Virus record (IMG/VR): IMGVR_UViG_3300042898_004347
Span: 1 to 64,000 of that record
From: a virus
DNA length: 64,000 nt
Reading direction: 5' to 3' (one strand)
Shown: one piece after another, positions 13,096 through 23,300 of the stretch
How positions within the stretch are numbered: the first letter of the stretch is position 1
Layout: the number at the start of each line of letters is the position of its first letter
The notes under the pieces: model-generated
The model's input: the letters and a program-made list of their open reading frames with translations, nothing else
What the model was told of the DNA's origin: nothing
Databases searched by the model: none
Program-made: the position numbers and the translations under genes

Positions 13096-13125
13096 ACTAT
13101 ATATTACATTCGTTTGAATGTAAAT
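13096..13125 (-). promoter_or_regulatory. Sigma70-type early promoter for glycosylation cassette
   Basis: ATTTAC-18-TATAGT upstream of 13084 start, matches promoter family seen at 46-63 kb. Confidence 0.5.
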
Positions 13126-13200
13126 TCAATTATTACACTTTCTTCATCATTATCCTATTTACATCATTCCCGCGAATGATTAAAATCTATCTCTAATCTC

Positions 13201-13695
13201 TTAAATAACAATACCAATCCGCTGACCCTTCACCGTGGTGTTTGCATTCACGGGAGAAACTCTGAGTACAAGAGATGATCCAATTAGAACGGCCGAGACT
13301 GTTCCAAGAGTTGCACTTGATGCAATTGTGGCATACTCTGTAATATAAACATCAGTGCCATCATGCATGACTAGCACTTCGGTTGACTGATAACTTGATC
13401 CCGCAGTCATTTGAATTAAATACTTGGCGGTACGATAATCCGCATAAGGAAAGGAATCAACGCTTTGATTCGCGGATGTTGTAGTGAGAGCCGTACTAAA
13501 TGCAATGACCTCACCTCCACCCACGAGAGGGTTGGCTCGAATTCTGACAATCTCATCAACTCCGCCACTTACAAACCTGCGTAGATACACATATCCATCC
13601 GCAGTATTCAGTGCAATCTCGCCGACTTCAAGTGATGCGGTGGTAGGAGCCGTTCCCGCAACCGCATTTCTCTTATGTTTTAAAATAGTTGGCAT
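13201..13695 (-). CDS. Tail fibre-associated structural protein
   Basis: LKHKR...PTTASLEVGEIALNTADG N-terminal fibre module; YRTAKYLIQ...EVLVMHDG...TEYA domain. Confidence 0.65.
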   Translation of the reverse strand: MPTILKHKRNAVAGTAPTTASLEVGEIALNTADGYVYLRRFVSGGVDEIVRIRANPLVGGGEVIAFSTALTTTSANQSVDSFPYADYRTAKYLIQMTAGSSYQSTEVLVMHDGTDVYITEYATIASSATLGTVSAVLIGSSLVLRVSPVNANTTVKGQRIGIVI

Positions 13696-13740
13696 AATTA
13701 TACTTATACATCCACTCCACCATCTAAACTAAAGATTCAA

Positions 13741-15945
13741 TTAGAATGTTCCGCCATCAAGTGAATTTGTCCAGGCGGGTACTCCAGCATTTGAAGAGAG
13801 GAAGAATCCAGAGTTACCAGCTCCTGCAGATGCAACTGCCGTGACCTGAAGTGCGCCGGAACCATTACCATATAGAATACCATTTGCAGTAAAGCTCGAT
13901 GCTCCAGTGCCGCCATCCGCCACAGTGATATCGGTAATTCCCGTGACTGAACCACCAGTAATTGTAGCATTCGAAGAACTAAGAGTGACATTCGTGACTG
14001 AACCACCAGTGATTGTAGAATTAGTAGACTCAAGGTCAGCAACAAGTGTGGCAACAGCATAACCAGTACCCGAGGTGTTAACCGTTGTTGTTGGTGCTAC
14101 CTGAAGGTCTTTAAACAATTTCCATTTGCCATCCGTCGCATCACGATACAAACCAGCATATTGATCTTGAGTTCCGCTAGAATCGTAGAGACCAAAGAGA
14201 CCGATATCGATCGCATCTGTTGCATCATTATCTTTCGCAACAAATACCAATGGATCCGTGACAGTAAGAGTAGTAGAATTGACCGTTGTAGTATTACCGG
14301 AAACCGTAAGGTTACCCGCAATCGTCACATTGTTTCCTGACATTGTGATTGCAGTAGAACCGTCCGATGCAAGAATGTCATTACCACCAACCTTAAGGTC
14401 ACCCGCAATCGTAACATTTCCAGTCGCATTTACCAGAGTAATTGCTGTCGTGCCATCCGATGTGAGAATGTCATTACCACCAACTTTTAGATCGCCCGTG
14501 ACTGTAAGGTCATTGCCAATCGTCGTTGTTCCAGTTGCAGCACCAATTGCTGTTGCTGTAGATGCACCGAATGCTGATACCGTTGTTGCAGTTGTATTAA
14601 AGACCGCAAGAGTTGTACTGTTCGTGAGTACCGATGTTGTGAACGTTGGCGTTGTACCAAATACCAGAGCGCCGGTTCCAGTTTCATCGCTAATAACGCC
14701 TGCCAATTCAGCAGAAGTTGTTGCAGCAAACTGACTCAGTGCTGAACCAATGATTGCCAATGTACCACTCGTTGGCAGTGTCACATTTGTTGTACTCGTC
14801 GTATTCAGCGTCAGCGAGTTTGAACCCGTCGTGACGAGTGCACCAGCCAAAGTAATATTTCCGCGTAGGTCAATTGTGCGTGCCGCATCGTTGACCGTGA
14901 GCAGAAGAGTACGTCCAACCGATAAGTTTTCCGTATTGCTTAAAGTAAGATCAAACGGGCCCGTGCCCGTGGAACGAATTCCGAGAGATGTGAGACCAGT
15001 ATGAGTACCACCAGCAATTGATGGCGTGACCAATGATGGGCTGTTTGTAAATGCAACTGTTCCTGTTCCACCTTCATCAGTTAATGCTGCCGCAAGATTT
15101 GCAGAAGATGGTGTTGCCAAGAATGTTGCAACGCCGGTACCGAGACCACTAATACCCGTTGATACTGGAAGACCCGTGACATTGGTAAGTGTACCTGATG
15201 CTGGAGTTCCAAGCACAGGAGCCGTCATGACCGGCGCAGTGAGCGTCTTATTTGTAAGAGTCTGCGTATCCGTCAACGTTGCGACTGTGCTATCAATACT
15301 AAAGGTAACTGTATCCGTCGTTGCACCGGATGTAATGACACTGTCCAAACCATTACCACCCACAAAAGCAAGAGTATCCGTCGCAAGAGCAACAGAGGAT
15401 GTTCCTGTATCACCACTAATACCCAGAGTGGTTGTAATCGATGCGGTCGTTACACTTGTAATTAAACCCTTCGCATTGACCGTAATGATTGGAATCGATG
15501 TGGTTGAACCAAATGCGCCAACATTTGCATTAACAGTGGCAAGAGTAAGTGCTGCTGAGACTGCGGCTGATCCGTCAACAGATGCGAGAGAGGCGGTAGC
15601 ATCACCCGTGAGTGAAAGAGTACGAGGTGTCGCCCAGGTCGTGGCGGTTGTCGCATTTCCACTTAACGCCGCGCTAATTGTACCCGCGATAAAATTACCA
15701 GAGGCGTCACGTTTTACCAGAGTTGATACTGTATTTGCACTTGTTGCTGCATTGACGATATCGGTGTAGTACTTACCACCGATCTGAACCGCCTCAACAT
15801 GCCCCGAAATAAGCTGACCGATATACAGCCTATCACCGGTGCCTCCCGCAAGAAAGGAATATGCTTGCTCGCCAACCGAAAGTACGTCGGATGCCGGAGT
15901 AGCCGTTGCTGTGCTGAATTTTGTTTTGATGACTGTGCCGGGCAT
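13741..15945 (-). CDS. Tail fibre protein
   Basis: 734 aa Thr/Ser/Gly-rich; [32 protein letters not shown], terminal LDGGTF. Confidence 0.8.
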   Translation of the reverse strand: MPGTVIKTKFSTATATPASDVLSVGEQAYSFLAGGTGDRLYIGQLISGHVEAVQIGGKYYTDIVNAATSANTVSTLVKRDASGNFIAGTISAALSGNATTATTWATPRTLSLTGDATASLASVDGSAAVSAALTLATVNANVGAFGSTTSIPIITVNAKGLITSVTTASITTTLGISGDTGTSSVALATDTLAFVGGNGLDSVITSGATTDTVTFSIDSTVATLTDTQTLTNKTLTAPVMTAPVLGTPASGTLTNVTGLPVSTGISGLGTGVATFLATPSSANLAAALTDEGGTGTVAFTNSPSLVTPSIAGGTHTGLTSLGIRSTGTGPFDLTLSNTENLSVGRTLLLTVNDAARTIDLRGNITLAGALVTTGSNSLTLNTTSTTNVTLPTSGTLAIIGSALSQFAATTSAELAGVISDETGTGALVFGTTPTFTTSVLTNSTTLAVFNTTATTVSAFGASTATAIGAATGTTTIGNDLTVTGDLKVGGNDILTSDGTTAITLVNATGNVTIAGDLKVGGNDILASDGSTAITMSGNNVTIAGNLTVSGNTTTVNSTTLTVTDPLVFVAKDNDATDAIDIGLFGLYDSSGTQDQYAGLYRDATDGKWKLFKDLQVAPTTTVNTSGTGYAVATLVADLESTNSTITGGSVTNVTLSSSNATITGGSVTGITDITVADGGTGASSFTANGILYGNGSGALQVTAVASAGAGNSGFFLSSNAGVPAWTNSLDGGTF

Positions 15946-16190
15946 TAGAATGATCCTCCGATGATACTTGTGTTAGAATTATTAATCTCTACATTAGAGA
16001 CAAATTTATGTGTTGTGTTATTGTAAATAAGCATTGATCCGTCTCCGAGATTGGTAAGATCGACGTCTGTTAGCTGACCCAAGGATATATTATTCGTCGC
16101 CGTAACGCTATTCGCTTGAATACCGCTCGCGCTCTTGAACTTGGCTTTAACTGACGGATTTAATGAAAAATTGGCTCTGATTGCACTCAT
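15945..16190 (-). CDS. Small virion structural protein
   Basis: LGQLTDVD...DGSMLIYN module, terminal GGSF; overlapping neighbours. Confidence 0.6.
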   Translation of the reverse strand: MSAIRANFSLNPSVKAKFKSASGIQANSVTATNNISLGQLTDVDLTNLGDGSMLIYNNTTHKFVSNVEINNSNTSIIGGSF

Positions 16191-16525
16191 GGTTTGGTGA
16201 CTCCTGGAGAGATTTCAACCTGACCTTCAACGACGCGAGTGACATTGCCAGTCGATGTCTGTACCACCTCAACATCATACCGATATCTTCCCGCCGCAAG
16301 GGCGAGAGTTTGCTGGGCAGTGAGGCTCACGGTAATCGTTCCATTGACTGCGCTTAAAACTGTTGCAGTAAAGGCGGTAAATGATGTGGATGAGTAGCTT
16401 TTACGAATCTGACCTCGCACGGTATATCCTGCAAGGTTAAAGATAAGACCATCAGATCCTTCTACGGTAACCGTGGAAGAAAACGTAGATCCCTGATCGA
16501 TTGAGATGTTAGCATATACGGCCAT
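16187..16525 (-). CDS. Virion structural protein (fibre adaptor-like)
   Basis: ISIDQGSTF...GRYRYDVEV...RVVEG pattern of T4-like fibre-region proteins; late promoter upstream. Confidence 0.7.
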   Translation of the reverse strand: MAVYANISIDQGSTFSSTVTVEGSDGLIFNLAGYTVRGQIRKSYSSTSFTAFTATVLSAVNGTITVSLTAQQTLALAAGRYRYDVEVVQTSTGNVTRVVEGQVEISPGVTKP

Positions 16526-16534
16526 GAGTTGTTC

Positions 16535-16542
16535 TATTTATA
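16535..16542 (-). promoter_or_regulatory. T4-type late promoter TATAAATA
   Basis: Exact motif 9 nt before 16525 start. Confidence 0.8.
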
Positions 16543-16583
16543 ATAACACGGCGATATGCTTTTAGATGGTATAGAACGAAAGA

Positions 16584-16817
16584 TTAGTCGCTATACTGTA
16601 TTGTATCTCCCTCTTGAAGAGGAATTAGCTCTCTTTGTTCGTTCATAAGCCAGAACATATCTCCGACTAAAATTTCTTCGATGATACGGTAACCATGGCA
16701 CGTAATTCTCTGATCTCCGCGAACTAGAATGAGAGTACCTTTAGAAAGGCCACCCTTCCTTGAAGCAACGAACGCTTCGGGTAGAGTTACCCGAGTAATA
16801 TTTGTTAAAGTTTTCAT
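16584..16817 (-). CDS. Hypothetical protein (77 aa)
   Basis: Start reassigned to ATG 16817, TAATG-coupled to the upstream stop. Confidence 0.55.
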   Translation of the reverse strand: MKTLTNITRVTLPEAFVASRKGGLSKGTLILVRGDQRITCHGYRIIEEILVGDMFWLMNEQRELIPLQEGDTIQYSD

Positions 16818-17230
16818 TAGCATGCTGTAGATCCACCAATGGTTGCACCTGAGTAAAGACTCACAGTCCCATCCCAAGCACACGTTGTTGAAAATGCAGA
16901 CTGGTATGCAGCGCCAGGATCATTTAAATCGTCATCCTGGGTAGCAAACCCGCCATAGCATGTTGTCCAGGAAGCCCCTGCATTTCCACCCGGCCCTCGT
17001 ATAATGTCGTACGTATAGCAATTGTGCTTCTCCATAAACGCATTCGAAATATCAGAGCCGTTTGTCGAATATCCAACGTCTCCAATCTTTGCCGTCGATC
17101 CTCTGGGCTCATAACGGTCATTTAAATCTGTTCCGCTAACGTTATAATTTGTTGCACCGCCCGCGCTACCGGATCGGGCCATAAATTTATTGTCCAGATC
17201 AACACCGTTAACTGAAAAATTTGAAGGCAT
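16817..17230 (-). CDS. Fibre-tip/adhesin-like small protein
   Basis: Three N(F/Y).V.G.DL...(F/Y) repeats then Cys-containing C-terminus; follows chaperone-bearing fibre. Confidence 0.55.
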   Translation of the reverse strand: MPSNFSVNGVDLDNKFMARSGSAGGATNYNVSGTDLNDRYEPRGSTAKIGDVGYSTNGSDISNAFMEKHNCYTYDIIRGPGGNAGASWTTCYGGFATQDDDLNDPGAAYQSAFSTTCAWDGTVSLYSGATIGGSTAC

Positions 17231-17235
17231 TGTGA

Positions 17236-20163
17236 TTATTTAGATTCTAGTTTTTCAAGGCGAGCAAGGATATCTTTCACAGCCTCGATGAGTACTGCTG
17301 AAAGACGACCGTAATCAACTGAATTTGCCATACCTTCAGAATTGAGGCCCACGATTGCAGGAATCAGTTGCTGAACTTCTTCCGCAATAACACCCACGTC
17401 ATTCTTTACGGTACCATCTTTACGGTCATATGATACACCCCGAAGTTGTTTTACTAAGTCCGAAGCACCTACAAGAGTTATAACATTGTCTTTATATCGA
17501 AGTGATGATGTTGCATTGTAGCTGCCAGCAGTCACCGAAGCAAACGTTGGACTATTTCCAGTTCCTACCGATTGGTTAATTGTGTAGGCTGTAATGTTGC
17601 TTGCGGTACCGGTCGTATCTTGATTCCATGTCGGAACTGTTCCAGTTAGACCGCTATATGCAACATTCGTTGCAGTTGCTGCATTACCTGTGCAAGAGCC
17701 GGATGATCCCGTTGTATTTTGATTCAGAGTTCCAATCGATCCGCCCAAAGTTAAAGTACCACTTCCTGTAATTGATCCAGTGAGTGTAATTCCGCTTACA
17801 GTTCCCGTTCCAGAAACTGAGGTGACCGTGCCTGTATTTGTAGTATAACCAGAAGGATTTGTTGAGTTGTATGGAGTAAAGCCCAACGCAGTCGTCACAT
17901 TGCCCGAGTTGATCCCACTGATGTAGCCGCTTGGATTTGTTGCGTTATATGGCGTAAATCCTAACGCAGTCGTCACATTGCCCGAGTTAATCCCGCTGAT
18001 GTAGCCGCTTGGATTTGTTGCGTTATATGGCGTAAATCCTAAACCAGCCGTGATCTGACCGCTCGATACCGTATTGCCAGAAATGCTTGAGACAGTTGCC
18101 GCATTACCAGAACAGCTCGATGAAGTTGATGCATTGCCACTCAGTGCTGCTGTAATTGTACCCGCACTAAAATTGCCCGATGCATCTCGTAATACAATCT
18201 GATTTGCTGTATTTGTACTTGCCGCTGTAATTGTTGCACTGTTTGCTTGGCTTGTAATTGTGGCAGCATTTCCTGTGCATGAACCAGATGAACCGGTTAC
18301 ATTTCCCGTGACGTTACCCGTGACGGCTCCAGTTAAAGGTCCCACAAATGATGTGGCTTCTATACTACGATTGAATACAAATCTATTCGTGCCATTTACA
18401 TATAGCAGTGTTGGACTGCTATCGTATGAACCAATCGTGAAACCCGCACCATTTGCTGCAGAAGCCGTAGCAGCATCTTTTGCAATATTGATATTTAAAT
18501 CCGCGATATTTAAAGTACTAGAATTTACTGTAGTAGTTGTACCTGAAACCGTAAGATTGCCTGAAACCGTCAAGTTTCCTGCAACTGTGCCTCCGCTGCT
18601 GATCTGAAGATAACGACCATCTAAATCTACTGATGCTAATCCAGTAATATGCCCATATGTATCCAGCGTAATATCCTGAATTACAGTTCCAGCCGAATTG
18701 TCAACTGAAGCCTGGGATGACGTATTATTGTGCGCAATGCTAACAGTTTTTGATACATTATCCGTAGTGATTACAATTCCGATAATGCTATCAACAGACG
18801 CCGCTGCAAGATTCAGCGTTGCCGTATTCGTTTCGGCAGTAACTGTTGTTTGTCCTGAAACTGCAATATTCTTAAAGATATTCTGCGATGAACCTTTATC
18901 CGTATTTGCAAGAGTAATCGTGAGAGGGTCAGGAGTATTCACTCCAAATGCTGCTGAACCAGCCTCAGTAGCATTCACGCTTAGACCCGCTGTACTGGCT
19001 ACTGTGATCAAACCGTTATTACCCGGAGCAGTTGTACTCGTAATCGTAATTGAATCTGTGGCCGCATTCGTTGTAATTGCGATATTACTACCCGCAACTA
19101 GATTCACAGTGTCGTTATTTGTGTTGGCCGACACTGTGGATTGACCAGTGACTGCAAAGTTCTTAAAGATATTCTGCAGTGAACCTCTATCACTATTTGT
19201 AATTGTAATTCCTGCATTTTCCGACCCTGATCCAGATACCGTAATACCATCACCAGCCGCTGCGGTTGCAATATAATTGCCTGTTGTATCAGTTCCAAGA
19301 GCAACTGAGTTTGCTCCAATTGTTGTGGCGAATGATGCGGTAAATGGGCCCTCAGTACCTAAAGCACCTAAATTTGAGAGAGTGGCAGATCCGGATCCCG
19401 TTACGTCACCCGTCAGAGTGACTGTGATAACGGGCGAAGGCTTGTTATAAAGCGTATTAAAGTTGGCAGATACATCACTTGAACCAACAAGTGTCGTGGT
19501 ACCTAATACCTGAAGATTTCCAGAGATAATTGTATTACCCGTGGCATCATCAATAGTAAATTTGTCAACCGCACCTGAGGTCTGAACTTTAAAGTCTGCA
19601 CCTTTTACGGTCAACGATCCGTTTACCAAGGTTGAATCATCAGTAGCATTACCAAGAGTCGTACTACCCTGAACACCAAGAACACCTTGAATACTTGCAG
19701 TTCCCTTAACGCCTAGATCTCCGCTTATTACGGCAGAAGCTAAAGATAGAGGACCCTGAATATCAACGGTGCCCTGTAATGTAGCTGCACCTTGAACTCC
19801 GAGAGAACCTTTAAGTGTTGTTGCTCCCTGAACGCCTAATACACCCTGAAGATCGGTTGCGCCCTGCACCCCGAGAGTACCTTGAACCAAAACATTGCCC
19901 GAGAATGTTTTATTGCCATTAAAGGTAATACTACTGTTTCTGATTTCATTTGCTGCACCACGAAGAGTTGTTGCAGTGAAGTTAGAAAGAGCCTGTACAC
20001 CAATATCACCCTGCAATTCGTTCACTGCGGCGGTCACATTTGTACGATCCACAGTGATCCCAGCATCGAGTAGAGCAATATCTCCTAGCTCAGTAGATAC
20101 TGTATTGGTTTTTGTGCGCCAGGCCTCAAAGGTATCTGTACGATTGACAATTGTTAATGACAT
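17236..20163 (-). CDS. Tail fibre with C-terminal S74-like chaperone domain
   Basis: N-terminal TDTFEAWRTKTN baseplate-binding motif; LGVQG repeats; SSLRYKDNV...GVIAEEV. Confidence 0.85.
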   Translation of the reverse strand: MSLTIVNRTDTFEAWRTKTNTVSTELGDIALLDAGITVDRTNVTAAVNELQGDIGVQALSNFTATTLRGAANEIRNSSITFNGNKTFSGNVLVQGTLGVQGATDLQGVLGVQGATTLKGSLGVQGAATLQGTVDIQGPLSLASAVISGDLGVKGTASIQGVLGVQGSTTLGNATDDSTLVNGSLTVKGADFKVQTSGAVDKFTIDDATGNTIISGNLQVLGTTTLVGSSDVSANFNTLYNKPSPVITVTLTGDVTGSGSATLSNLGALGTEGPFTASFATTIGANSVALGTDTTGNYIATAAAGDGITVSGSGSENAGITITNSDRGSLQNIFKNFAVTGQSTVSANTNNDTVNLVAGSNIAITTNAATDSITITSTTAPGNNGLITVASTAGLSVNATEAGSAAFGVNTPDPLTITLANTDKGSSQNIFKNIAVSGQTTVTAETNTATLNLAAASVDSIIGIVITTDNVSKTVSIAHNNTSSQASVDNSAGTVIQDITLDTYGHITGLASVDLDGRYLQISSGGTVAGNLTVSGNLTVSGTTTTVNSSTLNIADLNINIAKDAATASAANGAGFTIGSYDSSPTLLYVNGTNRFVFNRSIEATSFVGPLTGAVTGNVTGNVTGSSGSCTGNAATITSQANSATITAASTNTANQIVLRDASGNFSAGTITAALSGNASTSSSCSGNAATVSSISGNTVSSGQITAGLGFTPYNATNPSGYISGINSGNVTTALGFTPYNATNPSGYISGINSGNVTTALGFTPYNSTNPSGYTTNTGTVTSVSGTGTVSGITLTGSITGSGTLTLGGSIGTLNQNTTGSSGSCTGNAATATNVAYSGLTGTVPTWNQDTTGTASNITAYTINQSVGTGNSPTFASVTAGSYNATSSLRYKDNVITLVGASDLVKQLRGVSYDRKDGTVKNDVGVIAEEVQQLIPAIVGLNSEGMANSVDYGRLSAVLIEAVKDILARLEKLESK
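17845..18045 (-). repeat. 78-bp coding tandem repeat (LGFTPYNATNPSGYISGINSGNVTTA, about 2.5 copies)
   Basis: Direct repeat visible in DNA and protein. Confidence 0.85.
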
Positions 20164-20171
20164 AGTATGTT

Positions 20172-20387
20172 TTACTTAGAAGAGGTGGACGCTGATAATA
20201 AAGATGAAACGAGAGCTTTAAGCTGGTATACTTCGGATTTTAAATTTTCAAATTCTAGAGCTTTGCTTTTTTCAGACTGTTTTGCGGAAATTCGATTCAG
20301 ATATTCGTTTCTATTGGTATTTATAATGCCATTCGAAGACATATCTCTCTGAAGATTTTCGTGATCAATGACGGTTGCTCTTGGCAT
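20172..20387 (-). CDS. Conserved T4-like hypothetical protein
   Basis: LQRDMSSNGIINTN..Y plus coiled coil; typical position after the large baseplate protein. Confidence 0.65.
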   Translation of the reverse strand: MPRATVIDHENLQRDMSSNGIINTNRNEYLNRISAKQSEKSKALEFENLKSEVYQLKALVSSLLSASTSSK

Positions 20388-20391
20388 ATTA

Positions 20392-23300
20392 TTACGTCAA
20401 TGCAATTGCTCTGAAGTTTCTAAGCGAAGGAACCTTGGATGAATTAGTAGAAGTCAACGATATTTTTACCGCAAATGCAGTAAATGCTGCAGGATCCACG
20501 TTGTATTCAACTTCCGAGAAGCTATTGGGATTGTCGGAAATTTTAATAGGTGATACCGGAGTAACGGGTCCAACCCATGGAAGAGCATCAAAGTTTTGAT
20601 CCAGAGATGTTTGAACCTTATAATAAAGACCGATTCCCGCCTGAGGAGGATTATTTGCGAGAACGATGATACGCAGTGTTTCGGCAGGTTCGTTTAATTC
20701 AATTTTGCGAGTAATGTATTTCGACAGAGTAGATCCTCCTGAAGAAGCAGTTTCTGCAACAAAGGAAATTCCATGGCCATCCACGTCATTAAATCCACTT
20801 GCACCAGTTGCGTCAGGATTGTCAATACGATTTGCAATTGTAATCACAGACATACGATCTAGATCAATAACAGGACTCAGATTATCACGCGGCCCAGAGC
20901 GAAAGAATTCACCCTTCAGGAAGTAACTTTGACCGCCTGCTGGGAAACTTGCTGCAATATTTGGCGCAGAAGTAATTACTTGAGGAGTGCTAAATTCTGA
21001 TGTGGCATTCACTCTCGTTTCAACATATGCTGCCAATGTATGCTGCGATTCTGTACCAGCCAAAGATTTACCCGAAGTAACTCGAGTTGACCATTGAATG
21101 TCCGTTGAAGGAAGAATAAGATCCTGAACAATTGGATTGATGTAGTTGAATGTTTTATTCTCTGTTGCACGTACTGCAGAGCCTCCAGCTCTTCCAGTTG
21201 CATTTGCCGTGGCTGAATTGCTTACAATTACATCAATCGTATAACTATCCATGGTTACTGACTGAATTGTATGCGTTGCATTTAAATCAGCAATGAGAAT
21301 GTTATTCAATGCTGAGCTTGCGGTTGCTGCAATTCCAGAGAATGTGACCTTTGAGTTTGCAAAATGGCCATGATTCTTGTGGAATACTCGGATCACCTTT
21401 GAACCTGAAACAGTATAGATTGCATCAGTTCCGAGAAGTCTTGTTGGAATTTCAGCATTGTGAAAGACTGCAACTCCAGGTTGATCCGTAAATACGCACC
21501 GACGAATTACAAACTTAATGTCTTTTGTTTGTTCCGGAGTCCACGTTGAAGCGTTTGCCGATTTAAACATGACACCATTATAAGGTTGTTCAGTGATTCG
21601 GTATGTTGTATTCGTGACATCATTCTGCCCAAGTTCTGCCACCCACAATTTATATTTGTCCGAATTAGTCATGACAACAAAACAGTATTCAACACCACCC
21701 GTAAGATACACGGGTGATTCAAAGGTGAAAGTTGTTGCTGTTGCCGCGGTTGAACTGAGTGACACTGCACTTGCAGCCTTTGTCACCTTCGAGAAAGGTA
21801 CGACAGTCTGCGTAGGTGCGCCATTCATCATTGTTCGAATTTCTACAGAAACTGGAGCAGGAGATGTTGCAGATTCATCTTTTTCTTTAAAGTATAAATC
21901 AATACCGGATAGGAAAATACCACCCTCGGTATCAATTAAAATTGATTGGGCAAGAGGGTCTGACCAACGGATCCGACCGCCTTGCTCTTCATCCCATGGA
22001 TCCGGTTCTGGAAGTGTGAAAACCTCTTCAGGTGGCGGCTCTACTGGGGCTGGTGGCTCTACGACAACTGGAACCTCGACGTCAACAGGAGGAACAGTGC
22101 TACGATCCCACGAATTAGTCAGTGATGTTATTCTATGCGAAACAGACTGAGTTGTATTTGAGATTGCAACAGGAATATCCGATACGGCTGAACGGCTAAA
22201 CACCGGAACTTTTGTTGAGACGACCTGATTTTCCACTGTATTCATTAGCCCCTGCGCAAAATATACACATTCTGCGGAAGTGTCGCAGTGACGAGTGTCA
22301 TTCGTTACGCTGTCCGTGAGTCTAAAATTCCGTTGGCCCGTCTTAAACTTAACAGCGGCTGTATTTGGAATAATAAAAGAGCCAATGATCTCGCCAACGC
22401 TATCACTAACCAACGTTGTGGCTCCATCCGGATGAGCAGTCTGATTTAAATAATTTGCTGTATTTGTTGCTGTCGAATATTCAACGAAAGAACTTTCCTC
22501 GCGAATATAATCTGCAAGACTAATACCATCAAAGAAAGCATAGACTCGAGTATTTGGCTTTAACCGGGTCGCCTTAAAGTAGATTTTCCGTGAGCGAATG
22601 AATGGTACAAAATTAATTTCAACAACACGATCTCCCATATTCGTAAGAACCGTATCGGGTACCACTGAAGTACGAACTCCAGATCGATTCAATGTTCCTG
22701 TTTGTGTGGCCGTGATTGTTGTTGCAACGTCTGTAATTACTGTGGTCGAACCGACGATACCATCTCCTGAATTTACAGCATTTGCAGTAACTTCATTGGC
22801 AGAAGAAGTGGTCTCTCCTGTCCAATTTGTCTGCCATTCATTCCAGACAGTACCAATTGCACCCGCAGCATCCGCCATCTGTATGAGACTGTCGTAAATT
22901 CCGGTTTGATCGATAACGACATCAGGCGCACGGAGTGTTTCTTTCCATTCATCCGAACCAGGTGAAAGAACTACGTCTCCGGTCCAAGAAAACACCATGT
23001 ATGGATTTACATTCTCTGCGTAAGAAGCGTATGGCTGAGAAATATAGTTAGCGGTATAATAGTTTAATGTTAAAAGCGATCCAGTCTTTCTTACATTTGA
23101 TGAAACGCCGGAATTAAAAATAAGGCGAAGATTGTCTTCATAGAACATTGGACGCAGGCGCCCTGCTGAACGATCCATTGATACGCTATAGTCGTTGTTT
23201 GTGACTGCACCTACATTTGAACCATAGAAGCTGTCTACCACAAATCCATTTTTAAACCGATTTCCGGTGGCATCAAAGATTTGAGTACTTGCTGTGTCTT

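Noticed and set aside
1-20163. Diversity-generating retroelement or invertase shufflon acting on fibres
   Set aside because: No reverse transcriptase or recombinase in window; no adenine-specific TR/VR pair or inverted cassettes noticed
20318-20325. TATAAATA inside ORF 20172..20387
   Set aside because: Could drive the downstream fibre gene but is intragenic and about 155 nt from the start; not supportable alone
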